Assembly: GCA_036389555.1 (NCBI GenBank)
Contig: DASVPS010000281.1
Location: forward strand, 7,943 to 71,942
Length of the DNA stretch: 64,000 bases
Source: Pyrinomonadaceae bacterium
Lineage (GTDB): Bacteria > Acidobacteriota > Blastocatellia > Pyrinomonadales > Pyrinomonadaceae
Reading direction: 5' to 3'
The notes under the pieces were generated by a model that worked only from the letters and a program-made list of their open reading frames with translations, was not told the origin of the DNA and did no database searches. Of this stretch, positions 1-9,068 are shown piece by piece (the stretch's first letter is position 1; the number at the start of each line of letters is the position of its first letter). Made by a program: the position numbers and the translations under genes.

Positions 1-87
1 GAAGAGAGCCTCAAACTCGAACTCGCCCGACGCCGCGCACGCACCCCCGAAGAGGCCGCCCGCATCCCGCCACCACCGACGAAGTAA
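1..87 (+). CDS. 3' end of an unidentified CDS entering from upstream (partial)
   Basis: Frame 1 is open from the window edge to TAA at 85-87 (...ARIPPPPTK*). Only 28 codons are visible, so no family can be assigned. Confidence 0.3.
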   Translation, partial: EESLKLELARRRARTPEEAARIPPPPTK

Positions 88-238
88 GGGATGAGGGATG
101 AAGGATGAGGGATGAATGAAGAGAAGTAAATGGTGAATCGTAAATCGTAAATAGAAAGAACTGGTTTTCTCTATTCACGATTTACGATTCACCATTTACG
201 GCTTTTGTTCATCCCTCATCCCTCATCCCTCATCCCTT
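86..238. repeat. Nested heptamer-word hairpin element (outer GGGATGA/TCATCCC arms, inner GTGAATC-GTAAATC/GATTTAC arms)
   Basis: The left half (GGGATGAGGGATGAAGGATGAGGGATG ... GTAAATGGTGAATCGTAAATCGTAAATAG) is the near reverse complement of the right half (CTATTCACGATTTACGATTCACCATTTAC ... TCATCCCTCATCCCTCATCCCTCATCCC). It lies between two convergent CDS ends. Confidence 0.85.
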
Positions 239-537
239 ATTTTCCCTGTGAGCATCAGCGCGACCATTTTGTAGTCGGCGGCGAAAGACCAGAGCGGGTG
301 CTTGAAGGTCGCGGGGCGGTTGTGTTCGATCAGGAAGTGGCTCGCCCACGCCGCCGCGTAGCCGGTGGCGAGTGCGACGGGCAGCCAGCGCCAGCGTCCG
401 GTCGCCACGAACGCGACGGCGAGGCCGGTGCTCGCGAGCGTGCCCGCCGCGTGCAGTCGGCGCGTGCCCGCGCGGCTGTGCTCGGCCAGATAATGCGGCC
501 AAAAGTCTGCGAAAGATTTCATCTCTGCTTGCGTCAT
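223..537 (-). CDS. DUF962 (Mpo1-like) small membrane protein
   Basis: 104-aa ORF. FADFWPHYLAEHS...GYAAAWASHFLIEHNRPATFKHPLWS fits the conserved pattern of short DUF962 proteins. The last codons and the stop lie inside the right arm of the hairpin element. Confidence 0.75.
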   Translation of the reverse strand: MTQAEMKSFADFWPHYLAEHSRAGTRRLHAAGTLASTGLAVAFVATGRWRWLPVALATGYAAAWASHFLIEHNRPATFKHPLWSFAADYKMVALMLTGKIRDEG

Positions 538-671
538 CTCTGGTTTCTCCGTCGCTTCTAAGTCGAAGGATAACTGCCCGCGCCCGACTCACTAACTGAC
601 TCACAACCCGCTTTGCCGCCCGACTCGCCGCCCGGCTCTCGCTCCACTCGCGGCTTGGCATGCTCCGCTGC

Positions 672-1802
672 CTACTCCGCTCCCGCCGAGAACAGACGTT
701 GATATTGATCCGGGCGCGCGGGGTCGAGACGCGCGAGTTGGAGGTTCTCTTCGACGTGCGTGCGGCGGCTCATGCCGACGAGGGCGGTGGTGATGCCGGG
801 TGTGGAGCGCGTGAACTGGATGGCGGTGAGCGCGTCCGAAGCGAGCGAGCCGAGCGGCTCGCGTATGTCTTCGGAGAGTCCGCGCGCCACCTTGCCCTGC
901 AAGATCGACGCGCTCGCGACGACCGTCACACCGAGAGCGCGCGCCGCTTCGAGCAGCGACACGTGCGCGCCCTGAAAAGTTTGGTTCGACAGCGTGAGGG
1001 CTTCGGGCATGGCGAGGTTGAAGGGGAGTTGGATGAAGCGGAAATGATGCCCTTCGCCCCCGGCCTCGCGCGCGAGTTTGAGCATGCGTTCGAGCGAATG
1101 ATAGCCGCGCTCCGCGGGCGCGACGCGGAAGCCGTTCCACGTCGCCACGCCGTAGTGTTTGATCTTGCCTTCGGCGACGCTCTGCTCCAGTTGCCCGAAG
1201 GCTGCGCCGAGGCGAGTCTCGAACTCTGCGGGCGAGACGACGCCGAGTTGCGTCTCAGGGTTGTGTATGTAGTACACGTCAATGGCCGCGAGGCGCAGGT
1301 TGCGGAGCGATTGATCGATCTGGTGCGCGAGATATTTCGGCGTCATGCAATGGCTGCCCGCCGCGATGTCGGACGACGAGGCGACGCCCGTCTTGATGAA
1401 AGTCTCTTCGATGTAGCGGCGCACGCCCTCCTGCCCGGCGGGCGGGTCTGTGTCGAAGGGGATGTAGCCGCCCTTCGTGCAGACGACGACCTCGTCGCGC
1501 GCGGCCGCGCCGCTTTCGAACAACCCCTGCAAGGCCGCGCCGATGGAGCGCTCGCTGCGCTGGAAACGATAGTTGGCCGCCGTGTCAACGACGTTCACGC
1601 CGAGTTCGATGGCGCGCGCGACCGTCTCGGTGTAGCGCGCGTCCGTTTCCGCGTCGGGCTTGCCGAGATACGTGCCGATGCCGAGCGAAGAGAGCCAGAG
1701 ATTTTGTTCCAGCCGGAAATGGTTGACGGCAACCGTCTCCTGCTGCAAACGCTCGCGGTAGCGCGTCGTCCCCTCTGTCGTGGCGTAGCCTGTGTTGGAC
1801 AT
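672..1802 (-). CDS. Aldo/keto reductase family oxidoreductase
   Basis: 376-aa ORF with LGIGTYLG, ELGVNVVDTAANY and SERSIGAAL motifs typical of the AKR fold. The long opposite-strand ORF 660-1940 is a GC shadow. Confidence 0.85.
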   Translation of the reverse strand: MSNTGYATTEGTTRYRERLQQETVAVNHFRLEQNLWLSSLGIGTYLGKPDAETDARYTETVARAIELGVNVVDTAANYRFQRSERSIGAALQGLFESGAAARDEVVVCTKGGYIPFDTDPPAGQEGVRRYIEETFIKTGVASSSDIAAGSHCMTPKYLAHQIDQSLRNLRLAAIDVYYIHNPETQLGVVSPAEFETRLGAAFGQLEQSVAEGKIKHYGVATWNGFRVAPAERGYHSLERMLKLAREAGGEGHHFRFIQLPFNLAMPEALTLSNQTFQGAHVSLLEAARALGVTVVASASILQGKVARGLSEDIREPLGSLASDALTAIQFTRSTPGITTALVGMSRRTHVEENLQLARLDPARPDQYQRLFSAGAE

Positions 1803-1827
1803 GAGTCAAACCTCCGGTTTGCCGTTT

Positions 1828-1914
1828 GCGGATTTCGGATTGCGGAATGCGGATTAAAGAAACGAACCGTCAATCAACCCGTTTTGCTTTCCAATCCGCA
1901 TTCCGCATTCCGCG
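1828..1914. repeat. Heptamer-word hairpin (GCGGA[AT]T x4 / AATCCGC-ATTCCGC x3)
   Basis: GCGGATTTCGGATTGCGGAATGCGGATT ... AATCCGCATTCCGCATTCCGCG. The 3' 15 nt of the left arm pair perfectly with the right arm. It lies immediately upstream of the AKR start. Confidence 0.75.
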
Positions 1915-2167
1915 TTACGTCTTGTCGAGTCTTTCCCTGAAGAACTTGAGCGTGCGTTGCCAGGCTGCGGCGTTGTAGGCTTGGGCGCGTGTGATCGTTC
2001 TTCATGCCATTAGTCTCTCATTATAAATCGGGATAGAGTTGGTCGTGTGGACAGACTATAAGCGTTGCGGGCGCGGCGCGGCAAGAATATTTCAGGGAAG
2101 CGCGGGCGGTATGCTAGGGTTTGAACTCCTGTTCATAGATCAGAATTGTATGAGGAAAGCATTCAAA

Positions 2168-2383
2168 CACCGCAGGCACAGAGGAGAGAAAGGATGAACG
2201 CGGAAGGATGAACGCGGAAGGAGAAGACAGAAGTCAGAATACAGGAATCAGAATTAACGGCGTCTCAGCTTCGCTACTGACTCCTGACTCCTGATTTCTG
2301 CATTCCCTCTTTTCGTTCATCGTTCCGCGTTCCTAATTCATCGTTTCCTCTGTGCCTCTCCGCGTCCTCTGTGTCTGCGGTGG
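2168..2383. repeat. ~215-bp nested imperfect palindrome built from several word modules
   Basis: The outer CACCGCAGGCACAGAGG pairs with CCTCTGTGTCTGCGGTG. AGGATGAACGCGGA x2 (a 14-mer, two heptads) faces CGTTCATCGTTCCGCGTTCC. The inner GTCAGAA-type words face CTGACTCCTGACTCCTGA. Confidence 0.8.
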
Positions 2384-2400
2384 TGAGCGGTTTTAGTTAT

Positions 2401-3990
2401 ATGAGCGACTCACAAGAAAAAGGAATCCTCGGCGAGAGAGAGAGGCTTGAGTTTGACGACGGCGTGCGCCCCTCTTCACTCGACATCTCGGACGAGGCGT
2501 TTGGCGAACTCGCCGCGCGCGCCGTCGAGTTGGTGTCGGACTATTTCCGTAGCGTCGCCGCGTCGCCGGTCTTGACGCAGACGTCTGCGGTCGAACTGGA
2601 CGCGCGGTTCGACGTGCCGCTGCCCGTCGCCGCAGACCCGCTCGATGAAGTGTTCGCGGATTGCCGACGCATCTTCGAGGGCAGCCGCCAGAGCGGACAC
2701 CCGCGCTTCTTCGGCTACGTTGCCTCGCCCTCGACGCCCGTGGGCGCGTTCGCAGACCTCATCGCCTCCGCGGTCAATCAAAACGTTCCCGCATGGCGTT
2801 CATCCCCGGCGGCGACGCACGTCGAACACACGGTCATCCGTTGGCTCGCTGCGCTCACGGGCTACGCGGAAGGCGCGAGCGGGTTGTTGACGAGCGGCGG
2901 TTCGATGGCGAACCTGAACGCGCTCTACGTCGCGCATCGCACGAAGGCGCGCGCCGCGGAGTCAGGCAACGTTGAGACGGGAGCGGGGCGTGATCTCGAC
3001 GTATCGCAGAAGGGTTTGTGGCACGCCGCGCGACCGGCGACCGTTTACGTCTCGGATCAGGCGCACATGTCAATCGCGAAGGCGGCGGACATTCTGGGAT
3101 TGGGGCGCGAGCAGGTGCGCGTCATCGAATCGGACGAGAATTTTCGTATGGACGTACGGCGTCTGCGCGAAAGGATCGAGAGCGACGTGAACGACAACTT
3201 TCAGCCGTGCTGCGTGGTGGCAAGTGCGGGCACGGTCAACACGGGCGCGGTCGATCCGCTCGACGAAATCGCGCGGGTGGCGCGCGAATACGACCTCTGG
3301 TTTCACGTTGACGGCGCATACGGCGCGCTGGCGGCGGTTGATCCTTCAAAGCGCGCTCGCATGGCCGGACTGGCCGCGGCCGATTCCCTCGCGCTCGACC
3401 CGCACAAGTGGCTCTACACGCCGATTGATTGCGGCTGCCTGCTCTTTCGCGATGTGGCACAGGTGCGCGCGGCGTGGGCTGGGAGCGAGGCCGACTACAT
3501 CAAAATTTTTGAAGATACGGAGGCGGAGTCGTTCGCCTTTTTCGACTACGGCGTGGAATTGTCGCGCCGCTTCCGCGCGCTGAAAATCTGGATGCTGCTG
3601 CGCTACTACGGCGCGCAGGCCATCAGCGCCGCGATCACGGAAGACAACGCGCTCGCCGCCTACCTCGCCGAGTGCGTCGAAGCGGCGGAAGATTTTGAAC
3701 TGCTCGCGCCGGTCGAGTTGAGCATCTGCTGTTTTCGTTACGTGCCGCCGGAGGCGCGGTACAGGCTCGCTGCGGCTAACGCCGCGGAGCGTGCGCGCGT
3801 CGAAGAAGAAGTGAACGAATTGAACGAGCGCATCCTGCGCGTGGTGCAGCGCGGCGGGGGCGCTTACGTGTCGAACGCCTCCCTGCGCGGACGGTTCGCC
3901 CTGCGCGCCTGCATCGTCAACTTTCGCACGACGCGCCGCGACATCGAAGCCACGCTCGACATCATCCGCGAGGCGGCGCGCGAGGTGTGA
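2401..3990 (+). CDS. Group II pyridoxal-phosphate-dependent (aromatic-amino-acid-type) decarboxylase
   Basis: Motifs SGGSMANL, HVDGAYGA and LDPHKWLYTPIDCG (PLP-lysine region). I place the start at ATG 2401 (MSDSQEK) because the longer ORF start at 2371 lies inside the upstream palindrome. Confidence 0.85.
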   Translation: MSDSQEKGILGERERLEFDDGVRPSSLDISDEAFGELAARAVELVSDYFRSVAASPVLTQTSAVELDARFDVPLPVAADPLDEVFADCRRIFEGSRQSGHPRFFGYVASPSTPVGAFADLIASAVNQNVPAWRSSPAATHVEHTVIRWLAALTGYAEGASGLLTSGGSMANLNALYVAHRTKARAAESGNVETGAGRDLDVSQKGLWHAARPATVYVSDQAHMSIAKAADILGLGREQVRVIESDENFRMDVRRLRERIESDVNDNFQPCCVVASAGTVNTGAVDPLDEIARVAREYDLWFHVDGAYGALAAVDPSKRARMAGLAAADSLALDPHKWLYTPIDCGCLLFRDVAQVRAAWAGSEADYIKIFEDTEAESFAFFDYGVELSRRFRALKIWMLLRYYGAQAISAAITEDNALAAYLAECVEAAEDFELLAPVELSICCFRYVPPEARYRLAAANAAERARVEEEVNELNERILRVVQRGGGAYVSNASLRGRFALRACIVNFRTTRRDIEATLDIIREAAREV

Positions 3991-4115
3991 AGAGAAAAAT
4001 AAGCTCACGCAAAGGCGCACAGGCGCGAAGAGAAATCACACAGGGTTCAAGCATTCAACAATCTTGAGTTTTCCTTCCAGAGTTTTCTTTTGCGCCTTTG
4101 CGTGAGACTTTCTTC
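3989..4115. repeat. Intergenic inverted repeat with CTCACGCAAAGGCGCA core
   Basis: CTCACGCAAAGGCGCA (4004-4019) is perfectly complementary to TGCGCCTTTGCGTGAG (4091-4106), with purine-rich GAAGAGAAA-type flanks. The same core word recurs at 36490-36561. Confidence 0.75.
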
Positions 4116-4150
4116 AGGGTTAGATTGAATCGTCGGAGAGGTCTGGAACC

Positions 4151-5026
4151 TTGAGCCAGCAATCGCACATGGAAGCAGCAGGCATCAATCTTTACGAACG
4201 CGAACTCGGCGCGGCGATCTCGCTCGCGCGCGCGGCGGGCGCGGCCGCGCTCGAACATTACGGCGGGCCGCTCAGCATCGTCCACAAGAGCGTCAATGAC
4301 GATCCGGTGACGCAGGCCGACCACGCGGCCAACGACGTGATCGTCGCGGGCTTGCAGCGCCAGTTTCCCGCCGACGGCCTGTTGTCCGAAGAGACGCTCG
4401 ACACGGTGCGCCGCCTGAGCATCTCGCGCGTCTGGATGATTGACCCGCTCGATGGCACGAAGGGTTTCATCGACGGCAACGGCGACTTCGCCGTCCAGAT
4501 CGGGTTGGTCGAAGAGGGCGCGCCCGTCCTCGGCGTCGTCTATCAACCAGTGCCCGATGTGTTGCACTACGCGGCGCGCGACGCGGGCGCGTGGGTCGTG
4601 AGGCCGGAGTCAGAGCCGGAACGTCTCGGCGTCTCAAGCGAGACGGAGTTTCGGCGGATGCGTCTGGCGGCGAGCCGCGATCATCACAGCCCGCGCATGT
4701 CTGCTGTGATGCGCACGCTCGGCCTGCGGGAAGAGATCAGGCGCGGCTCGGTCGGCATCAAGACGGGGCTGATCGCAGAGCGGCAGTGCGACCTGTACAT
4801 ACACCTCTCGCCGCGCACGAAGCACTGGGATACCTGCGCGCCCGAAGCGATCCTTACCGAAGCCGGGGGGCGGCTGACAGACCTCTGGGGCGAGCCGCTG
4901 CGCTACAACACGGAGGACGTGCAGAACCGCAACGGCATCGTGGCCGCCAACAGCGCGGCGCACCCGTACATCATCGCGCGCCTCGCGCCGCTGCTCGCGG
5001 AGTTCGGCCGCACGCGCGTCTCATAG
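4151..5026 (+). CDS. cysQ: 3'(2'),5'-bisphosphate nucleotidase, CysQ-type inositol monophosphatase family
   Basis: WMIDPLDGTKGFI and a downstream IMPase-fold pattern; DPLDGTK(E/G)F is the CysQ-type variant. The TTG start is about 9 nt after GGAGAGG, with ATG 4169 as an alternative. Confidence 0.7.
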   Translation: MSQQSHMEAAGINLYERELGAAISLARAAGAAALEHYGGPLSIVHKSVNDDPVTQADHAANDVIVAGLQRQFPADGLLSEETLDTVRRLSISRVWMIDPLDGTKGFIDGNGDFAVQIGLVEEGAPVLGVVYQPVPDVLHYAARDAGAWVVRPESEPERLGVSSETEFRRMRLAASRDHHSPRMSAVMRTLGLREEIRRGSVGIKTGLIAERQCDLYIHLSPRTKHWDTCAPEAILTEAGGRLTDLWGEPLRYNTEDVQNRNGIVAANSAAHPYIIARLAPLLAEFGRTRVS

Positions 5027-5061
5027 AGACCAGTGCTCAGTCGTCAATATTTTTTTGACAG

Positions 5062-7161
5062 TTGGCCGTCTCCGCGTTAGCATCTGCGGCGCGACCGTCA
5101 TCGTCTGCACACGCTGTCTACGGGCGCGACCTCACTCGCACTGCGCCGCTTACAAATTGCAACGTGAACCTCCGCGCCAAACTCTTAATTCTTTTCGTCG
5201 TCGGCAGCCTCGTGCCGTTGGTGCTCGTCGGCTTGCTCTACTATCGCAACAGCCTGAACCTCGTCGAAAGGATGCTGCGCGAGGAGTTTGAGGCGGAGGC
5301 CGCGCGCGTCGCGTATGACGTGGAGGCCTCCCTGCGCGAGCGCGAACTCGACTTGAGCGAACTGACGCAAACGAGCGCCGTGCGCGACTACGTGCGCGAC
5401 CTCGCCGCGGCGCAACCTGCGCCCGCGTCGAGCAACGCTTCGCCTGCGTCGAAGGAGCCGGCCGCGAGCGTGCCGGAGTCCATCCATGTAGCTCTCACCA
5501 ATTTCATTTCACACAATCGCGATTATTACTCGGCCGTCACGCTGGTCGGCGCATCGCAACCGGGGCGCGCCCTGATTCGGGTGGAGCCGCCTGATGTGAG
5601 CAGTTCGTCGCCGCGCGTGACCGGGGGCGACTTGCTGTCCGGCCAACTGCCCCTCGACGCGCGCGTCTGGACGACCTCCGAGCCGAAGCCCCTGCGCTCG
5701 AACGTGACGCGCGGCGCGAACGGCACGCCCTGCATCGTCTACACAGTGCCTCTCTTCTCGCCCGACAACGAACGCAGCCCGCGCTTCGCCCTTGTCGCCG
5801 AACTGAAGCTCGACGCGCTGCTGCAAGAGGCCGGGCATGGCTCGAACACCGCGACCTCTCCCGCAGGCGCATCCACGCGCGCGGGCAACACGGCGCAGTC
5901 CGCGCGCCTGTCGCTCGTTCTCGACAGGACGGGGCAGATCGTCCACCACACCAACCACGGTTTCAAGTATCAACCGGCGGGCGTCGCCATGCCTTACTTC
6001 GACGCCTTCACGCGCGCGATGCAGGCGGGCGGGAGCGGGACGGATTTCTACACCCTGCCGGCCGACGGCACGCGCTGGCTCGCCTCTTACAAGCCGGTCG
6101 CGGGCAGCGATCTCTCTGTGGCGGCCGCCGGAAATTACACGCGCGCCGTCGAGAGCCTCAACCGCAACGGGCTGATGACGCTTGCCCTCGCCCTGTTCGT
6201 CGCGCTCGCGGTCACGCTCTTCGTCTTCGTCATCGTCACGCGCGCCACGCGCCGCATCACGCGCGTCACAGAGGCGGCCGCCGCCATCGGCGCGGGCGAT
6301 CTCAACCAGCGCATCGAAGTCCAGTCGCACGACGAGACCCACGCGCTCGCCGAGGGCTTCAACCGGATGAGCGACCGCCTGCGCGAACTCATCGCGCGCG
6401 AGGCCGAGATGCGACAGTTCCAATCTTTCGTGCGCCTCTCGGCGATGCTCACGCACGATCTCAAAAATGCCATCACCGGCCTCTCCATGCTCGTCACGAA
6501 CATGGAGCGCCAGTTTCACCGCGCGGAGTTTCGCGAAGACGCCGTCTCTTCGCTGCGGCAGGCGACGGAAAAACTCGGCAGCCTCGTCGCGCGTCTGAGC
6601 GAGCCGGTGAAATCTCTGAGCGGCGAATACCGGCGCACGCCGCAGCCCTCCGATCTCATCCCCGTCATACGGCGCGTGCTGGCGACGACGGCCGAACCGC
6701 GCGCCGAGTTTTACGACATCCAGACGGAATTGCCCGACACGCTCGTCGCCCCGATTGATGCGGAGCGGATCGAGCGCGTGGTGGAAAATCTGATCGTCAA
6801 CGCCTTCGAGGCGATGGGCGGCCGGGGCGGGCGGCTCACCGTCGCCGCCGGTGAAGAGAGCGACACGCTGGTCTATTTCAGCGTCGAAGACACCGGGCCG
6901 GGAATGACCGAGGACTTCATGCGCACGCGCCTCTTCCGCGCCTTTGCCACGACGAAGAAGCGCGGCATCGGCCTCGGCCTCTACACCTGCCGCGAGATCG
7001 TCGAGTCGCACGGCGGGCGGCTCGAAGTTAAATCGAAGCTCGGGTCTGGCACACGCTTCCGCGTCGTGCTACCATCCATTCCGCTCATGGCCTCACATGC
7101 CCGCTCGGCCGAGAAGTCTTCGCACGCGAAGACGACCGCTAAGACGGGCACGGCCAGTTGA
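5062..7161 (+). CDS. Sensor histidine kinase with extracytoplasmic sensor domain and HAMP linker
   Basis: Two hydrophobic segments flank a ~330-aa region. There is a HAMP-like linker (IGAGDLNQRIEV...EGFNRMSDRL), an H-box HDLKNAITG, and ATPase boxes NLIVNAFEAM, DTGPGM and GIGLGLYTCREIV. The start is uncertain (TTG 5062 or GTG 5164). Confidence 0.85.
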   Translation: MAVSALASAARPSSSAHAVYGRDLTRTAPLTNCNVNLRAKLLILFVVGSLVPLVLVGLLYYRNSLNLVERMLREEFEAEAARVAYDVEASLRERELDLSELTQTSAVRDYVRDLAAAQPAPASSNASPASKEPAASVPESIHVALTNFISHNRDYYSAVTLVGASQPGRALIRVEPPDVSSSSPRVTGGDLLSGQLPLDARVWTTSEPKPLRSNVTRGANGTPCIVYTVPLFSPDNERSPRFALVAELKLDALLQEAGHGSNTATSPAGASTRAGNTAQSARLSLVLDRTGQIVHHTNHGFKYQPAGVAMPYFDAFTRAMQAGGSGTDFYTLPADGTRWLASYKPVAGSDLSVAAAGNYTRAVESLNRNGLMTLALALFVALAVTLFVFVIVTRATRRITRVTEAAAAIGAGDLNQRIEVQSHDETHALAEGFNRMSDRLRELIAREAEMRQFQSFVRLSAMLTHDLKNAITGLSMLVTNMERQFHRAEFREDAVSSLRQATEKLGSLVARLSEPVKSLSGEYRRTPQPSDLIPVIRRVLATTAEPRAEFYDIQTELPDTLVAPIDAERIERVVENLIVNAFEAMGGRGGRLTVAAGEESDTLVYFSVEDTGPGMTEDFMRTRLFRAFATTKKRGIGLGLYTCREIVESHGGRLEVKSKLGSGTRFRVVLPSIPLMASHARSAEKSSHAKTTAKTGTAS

Positions 7162-7295
7162 GCGCGTCCCTTTCGCTTCCAATAGTTAATTAAACATTGC
7201 GTCTGTGAGATTACTGTCCGGCGTGCGCGCACAAGAAAGCGCGTCACCGACGAAGGACGGGCTTTAATCTCCGCGCATGCAGGCACACACTTTCC

Positions 7296-8711
7296 ATGAG
7301 CGAACCCACGCCCGAACACACCCCGGACAAAGCGACCGTCCTTATCGTTGACGACGATCAGGTTCTACGGCGTCAACTCTTCTGGGCGCTCGACTCGGAG
7401 CACCACGTTCTCGAAGCCGACTCGCGCGCCGCGGCCATCGCGCAGTTGCAGACGGGGCGCGTGCAGGTCGTCCTGTGCGATCTACACCTGCCGCCAGACC
7501 TCGACGGCATCAGCGAAGGTCTCGCCGTCATCGAAGCGGCGCGCGCCGCGCGTCCGAGCATCCCCGTCATCGTCATCACCGGCAGCAACTCGCGGCAGAC
7601 CGCGCTCGAAGCCATTCGCTGCGGCGCATACGGCTTCTTCGAGAAACCTTTCAACGAGGCCGAAGTCACGCACATCGTCCGGCAGGCGGCGCGCGTGCGC
7701 CACCTCGAAGAAGAGAACCTGAAGCTGCGCGCCTCGCTCGAAGCCTGTCGCGGCTTCGGCCGTCTGCTCGGCAGTTCGCCCGCGCTCGAACGCATCATGA
7801 AACAGGCGCGCGCCGTCGCCTCTACGAGCGCCACCGTGCTGCTCGCGGGCGAGAACGGCACGGGCAAGGAAATGCTCGCGCGCGCCGTCCACGAAGAAAG
7901 CCCACGCTCGGAGGGGCCTTTCGTCGCCGTCAGTTGCGCCGCGCTGCCCGAAGAGTTGATCGAGTCGGAACTGTTCGGCCACGAGAAAGGGGCGTTCACC
8001 GGCGCGACGCAGGCGAGGATGGGTCGCTTCGAGTTGGCCGACCGCGGCACGCTCTTTCTCGACGAGATCGGCGAACTCACGCAGGCCGTGCAGGTGAAAC
8101 TCCTGCGCGTCCTGCAGGATCGCACCTTCGAGCGTCTCGGCGGCACGAAAACCCTCACGGTTGACATACGCCTCATCGCCGCCAGCAACCGCGATCTCGA
8201 ACTGGAGGTTGAAGAGGGGCGCTTCCGACGCGATCTCTTCTATCGCTTGAACGTCGTGCCGCTGCACCTGCCCGCCCTGCGCGAGCGGCGCGAAGACCTC
8301 CCCATCCTCGCCGCGCATTTCGCCGCGAAGGCCGCCGTCAAACACGGCCGACCGCCCGCCGCGCTCGACCCCGCGCTGCTCGAAGCCTTGCAGGAGTACG
8401 ACTGGCCGGGCAACGTCCGCGAACTCGAAAACCTGATGGAGCGGCTCGTCGTCTTAACCACCGGCTCGCGCCTCGGCACGGAGTTTCTGCCGGAGAAGAT
8501 GCTGCACATCCGCCGCCCGCCCGCCGCCTCCGATAACGGCCACGACGACGACGAAGCCACGCTCGAAGGCGCGATGCTCGCACTCAAACGCCGCCTCCTC
8601 ATCAACGCCATGCAGGCCGAAGGCGGCAATAAAGCCGCCGCCGCCAAACGCCTCGGCATTAGCCGCTCCTATTTTCATCGCCTCATCGGCGAACTGAACA
8701 TCAGCGCATAA
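7296..8711 (+). CDS. Sigma-54-dependent response regulator (NtrC family enhancer-binding protein)
   Basis: Receiver domain (LIVDDD, CDLHLPPDLDG), AAA+ sigma-54 interaction domain (GENGTGKE, ESELFGHEKGAFTGA) and a C-terminal HTH (AAAKRLGISRSYFHRLI). Confidence 0.9.
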   Translation: MSEPTPEHTPDKATVLIVDDDQVLRRQLFWALDSEHHVLEADSRAAAIAQLQTGRVQVVLCDLHLPPDLDGISEGLAVIEAARAARPSIPVIVITGSNSRQTALEAIRCGAYGFFEKPFNEAEVTHIVRQAARVRHLEEENLKLRASLEACRGFGRLLGSSPALERIMKQARAVASTSATVLLAGENGTGKEMLARAVHEESPRSEGPFVAVSCAALPEELIESELFGHEKGAFTGATQARMGRFELADRGTLFLDEIGELTQAVQVKLLRVLQDRTFERLGGTKTLTVDIRLIAASNRDLELEVEEGRFRRDLFYRLNVVPLHLPALRERREDLPILAAHFAAKAAVKHGRPPAALDPALLEALQEYDWPGNVRELENLMERLVVLTTGSRLGTEFLPEKMLHIRRPPAASDNGHDDDEATLEGAMLALKRRLLINAMQAEGGNKAAAAKRLGISRSYFHRLIGELNISA

Positions 8712-8851
8712 AGGGATGAGGGATGAACAAAAACCGTGAATCGTAAATCGTAAATCGTGAATAGAGAAGAACAGGATTTCTTCTATTCACGATTTACGAT
8801 TTACGATTCACTTTTCTTCATTCATCCCTCATCCCTCATCCCTCATCCCTT
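8711..8851. repeat. Nested heptamer-word hairpin, same architecture as 86-238
   Basis: GGGATGAGGGATGAAC ... CGTGAATCGTAAATCGTAAATCGTGAATAGAG // CTATTCACGATTTACGATTTACGATTCAC ... TCATCCCTCATCCCTCATCCCTCATCCC. It starts on the last base of the TAA stop of the upstream gene. Confidence 0.85.
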
Positions 8852-8979
8852 CCTCTGTCTTCTCCTGTCTACACGTGGCAGCCCCACTGTCCACTTTAGT
8901 TCACACTTGCGAGCCGTCAATTTAAGCCGCAGATGCGCAAGATCGGCGCAAAAGGCCGCTTTGCGTCGTTCGCGGCTTG

Positions 8980-8994
8980 TGGCACGTGGGTTGC
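8980..8994 (+). promoter_or_regulatory. Sigma-54 (-24/-12) promoter
   Basis: TGGCACGTGGGTTGC matches the consensus TGGCAC-N5-TTGC exactly. It lies ~75 nt upstream of the receiver gene and just downstream of the sigma-54 activator gene. Confidence 0.7.
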
Positions 8995-9068
8995 GATGTA
9001 TGCCGGGCGTAAGACAGTAAGTAAGTTGAAAAGTTTTAAGAGTTGATGGCAGGCATGCTCTCTCAAAG

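Noticed and set aside
660-1940. 426-aa ORF on the plus strand overlapping the aldo/keto reductase gene
   Set aside because: It lies antisense to a well-supported CDS. The translation is Arg/Ala/Gly/Glu-rich with no motifs, which is typical of a high-GC shadow ORF.
1915-2003. Possible C-terminal relic of a dienelactone-hydrolase-type gene on the minus strand (RAQAYNAAAWQRTLKFFRERLDKT*)
   Set aside because: Only ~28 codons follow an in-frame stop. The resemblance to DLH C-termini (..AW.RTL.FF..) comes from memory and the fragment is too short to support a feature call.
5509-7011. 500-aa minus-strand ORF inside the histidine kinase gene, with similar long antisense ORFs at 7373-8345, 10160-11425, 12271-13209 and 13139-13831
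   Set aside because: All lie opposite CDSs with clear family motifs and have shadow-ORF composition (R/A/G/D/H-rich). No independent evidence supports them.
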